DNA from: Candidatus Multivorans sp.
GTDB taxonomy: Bacteria; Acidobacteriota; Thermoanaerobaculia; Multivoradales; Multivoraceae
Length of the DNA: 64,000 bases
Direction: 5' to 3'
NCBI GenBank assembly: GCA_965224025.1
Contig: OZ245033.1
Coordinates: 2,848,001 to 2,912,000, forward strand
Positions 63,327 through 64,000 of this stretch are shown here, piece after piece. The number at the start of each line of letters is the position of its first letter. Within the stretch, counting starts at the first letter, position 1. Below the pieces are notes generated by a model. It was not told the origin of the DNA. It saw only the letters and a program-made list of their open reading frames with translations, and did not search any database. The position numbers and the translations under genes were made by a program.

Positions 63327-64000
63327 GAAGTTGTTCGACGATCCGGAAGCGAAGCTTCGCCCGAGGTTTCATGTTCGGGATGGGATTGAACTGAAGCCTG
63401 TAGTCCTTGGGAACGACTTCAAATGTGAAGTGGCGAGCGATCATCAGGAGGTTGATCGCCAGTTGCAGCTCCATCTGCAGAAAACCAAGGCACCTATGAG
63501 TACCCAGGCCGTAGGGTGCGTAACCGGCGGTGCGGTGCTCCGCGCGGTCGGGCAGGTAGCGGTCCACGTCGAAGGACAGGGGATTGGGGAAGACCTCCTC
63601 CATGTAGTGCGGCGCGGTCGAAGCGATGAACAGCCGTGCGCCGACCGGAATCTCGTAGCCGTCGATCACGCAGGCGTTCATCACGTTCCGAATGGCCATG
63701 GGGACGACCGGGTACATCCGGAGGGTCTCCATGAGGAACCGGTGGGTGATGTCGATTGTGGAGGGGTTGATGGCCTCGCCGTTCGGGTCGCCGTTCTCGA
63801 AGAGGGCGTCGGCTTCAGCACGGATCTGCTCCCGCAGCTCCGGCTGGGTCGTCATGGCGTAGAGCGCGAAGCTGAGGGCGTCGCCCAGGTAGACGCTGGC
63901 GACCAGCGCCGCGGAGAGCTGGAAGCGAAGCGTGGTCTCCGGCACGAACTGCGGGTCACTCGCATGGAGCCCGAGCCAGTCGTCCGCCAGGTCGCGGGGC
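63310..64000 (-). CDS. Cytochrome P450, C-terminal part (continues beyond the window)
   Basis: ETLRMYP (ExxR), PYGLGTHRCLG heme ligand. Confidence 0.92.
   Translation of the reverse strand, partial: PRDLADDWLGLHASDPQFVPETTLRFQLSAALVASVYLGDALSFALYAMTTQPELREQIRAEADALFENGDPNGEAINPSTIDITHRFLMETLRMYPVVPMAIRNVMNACVIDGYEIPVGARLFIASTAPHYMEEVFPNPLSFDVDRYLPDRAEHRTAGYAPYGLGTHRCLGFLQMELQLAINLLMIARHFTFEVVPKDYRLQFNPIPNMKPRAKLRFRIVEQLHEVTA

Overview
High-GC bacterial DNA. Gene content (Oar-like TonB receptor, TPR-sulfatase, many PQQ-like beta-propellers, carboxypeptidase-regulatory repeats, ankyrins, DUF1592/DUF1552-type genes) suggests an Acidobacteriota-like, possibly sponge-associated organism (inference only). 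1-30 kb is mostly intact: Hsp20, sirtuin, MoxR-VWA, a xylose/sugar operon, envelope proteins, a copper amine oxidase and grxD-bolA. An IS110 sits in a REP palindrome between xylA and xylB, and its bridge-RNA guides, CC core and junction promoter can be read directly from the sequence. 30-40 kb is an IS cluster: an IS with internally repeated ends, a second IS110 split by an IS3, and an unusual CTAG-bounded element without terminal inverted repeats. That element encodes a Rep_trans-like (Y-x-K...R-x-E) protein with a C-terminal winged helix and is preceded in tandem by a 130-bp miniature copy; it is the best candidate for an undescribed system. 40-64 kb is a patchwork of fused gene fragments (defence, ankyrin, sulfatase) around a few intact genes: vsr, two DUF4143 ATPases with distinctive upstream repeats, vapBC, an ACAD pair, DUF1684 and a P450. 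Several frameshifts lie in homopolymers and may be sequencing errors. No rRNA, tRNA or CRISPR array was recognised. Family names come from motif recognition, not database searches.
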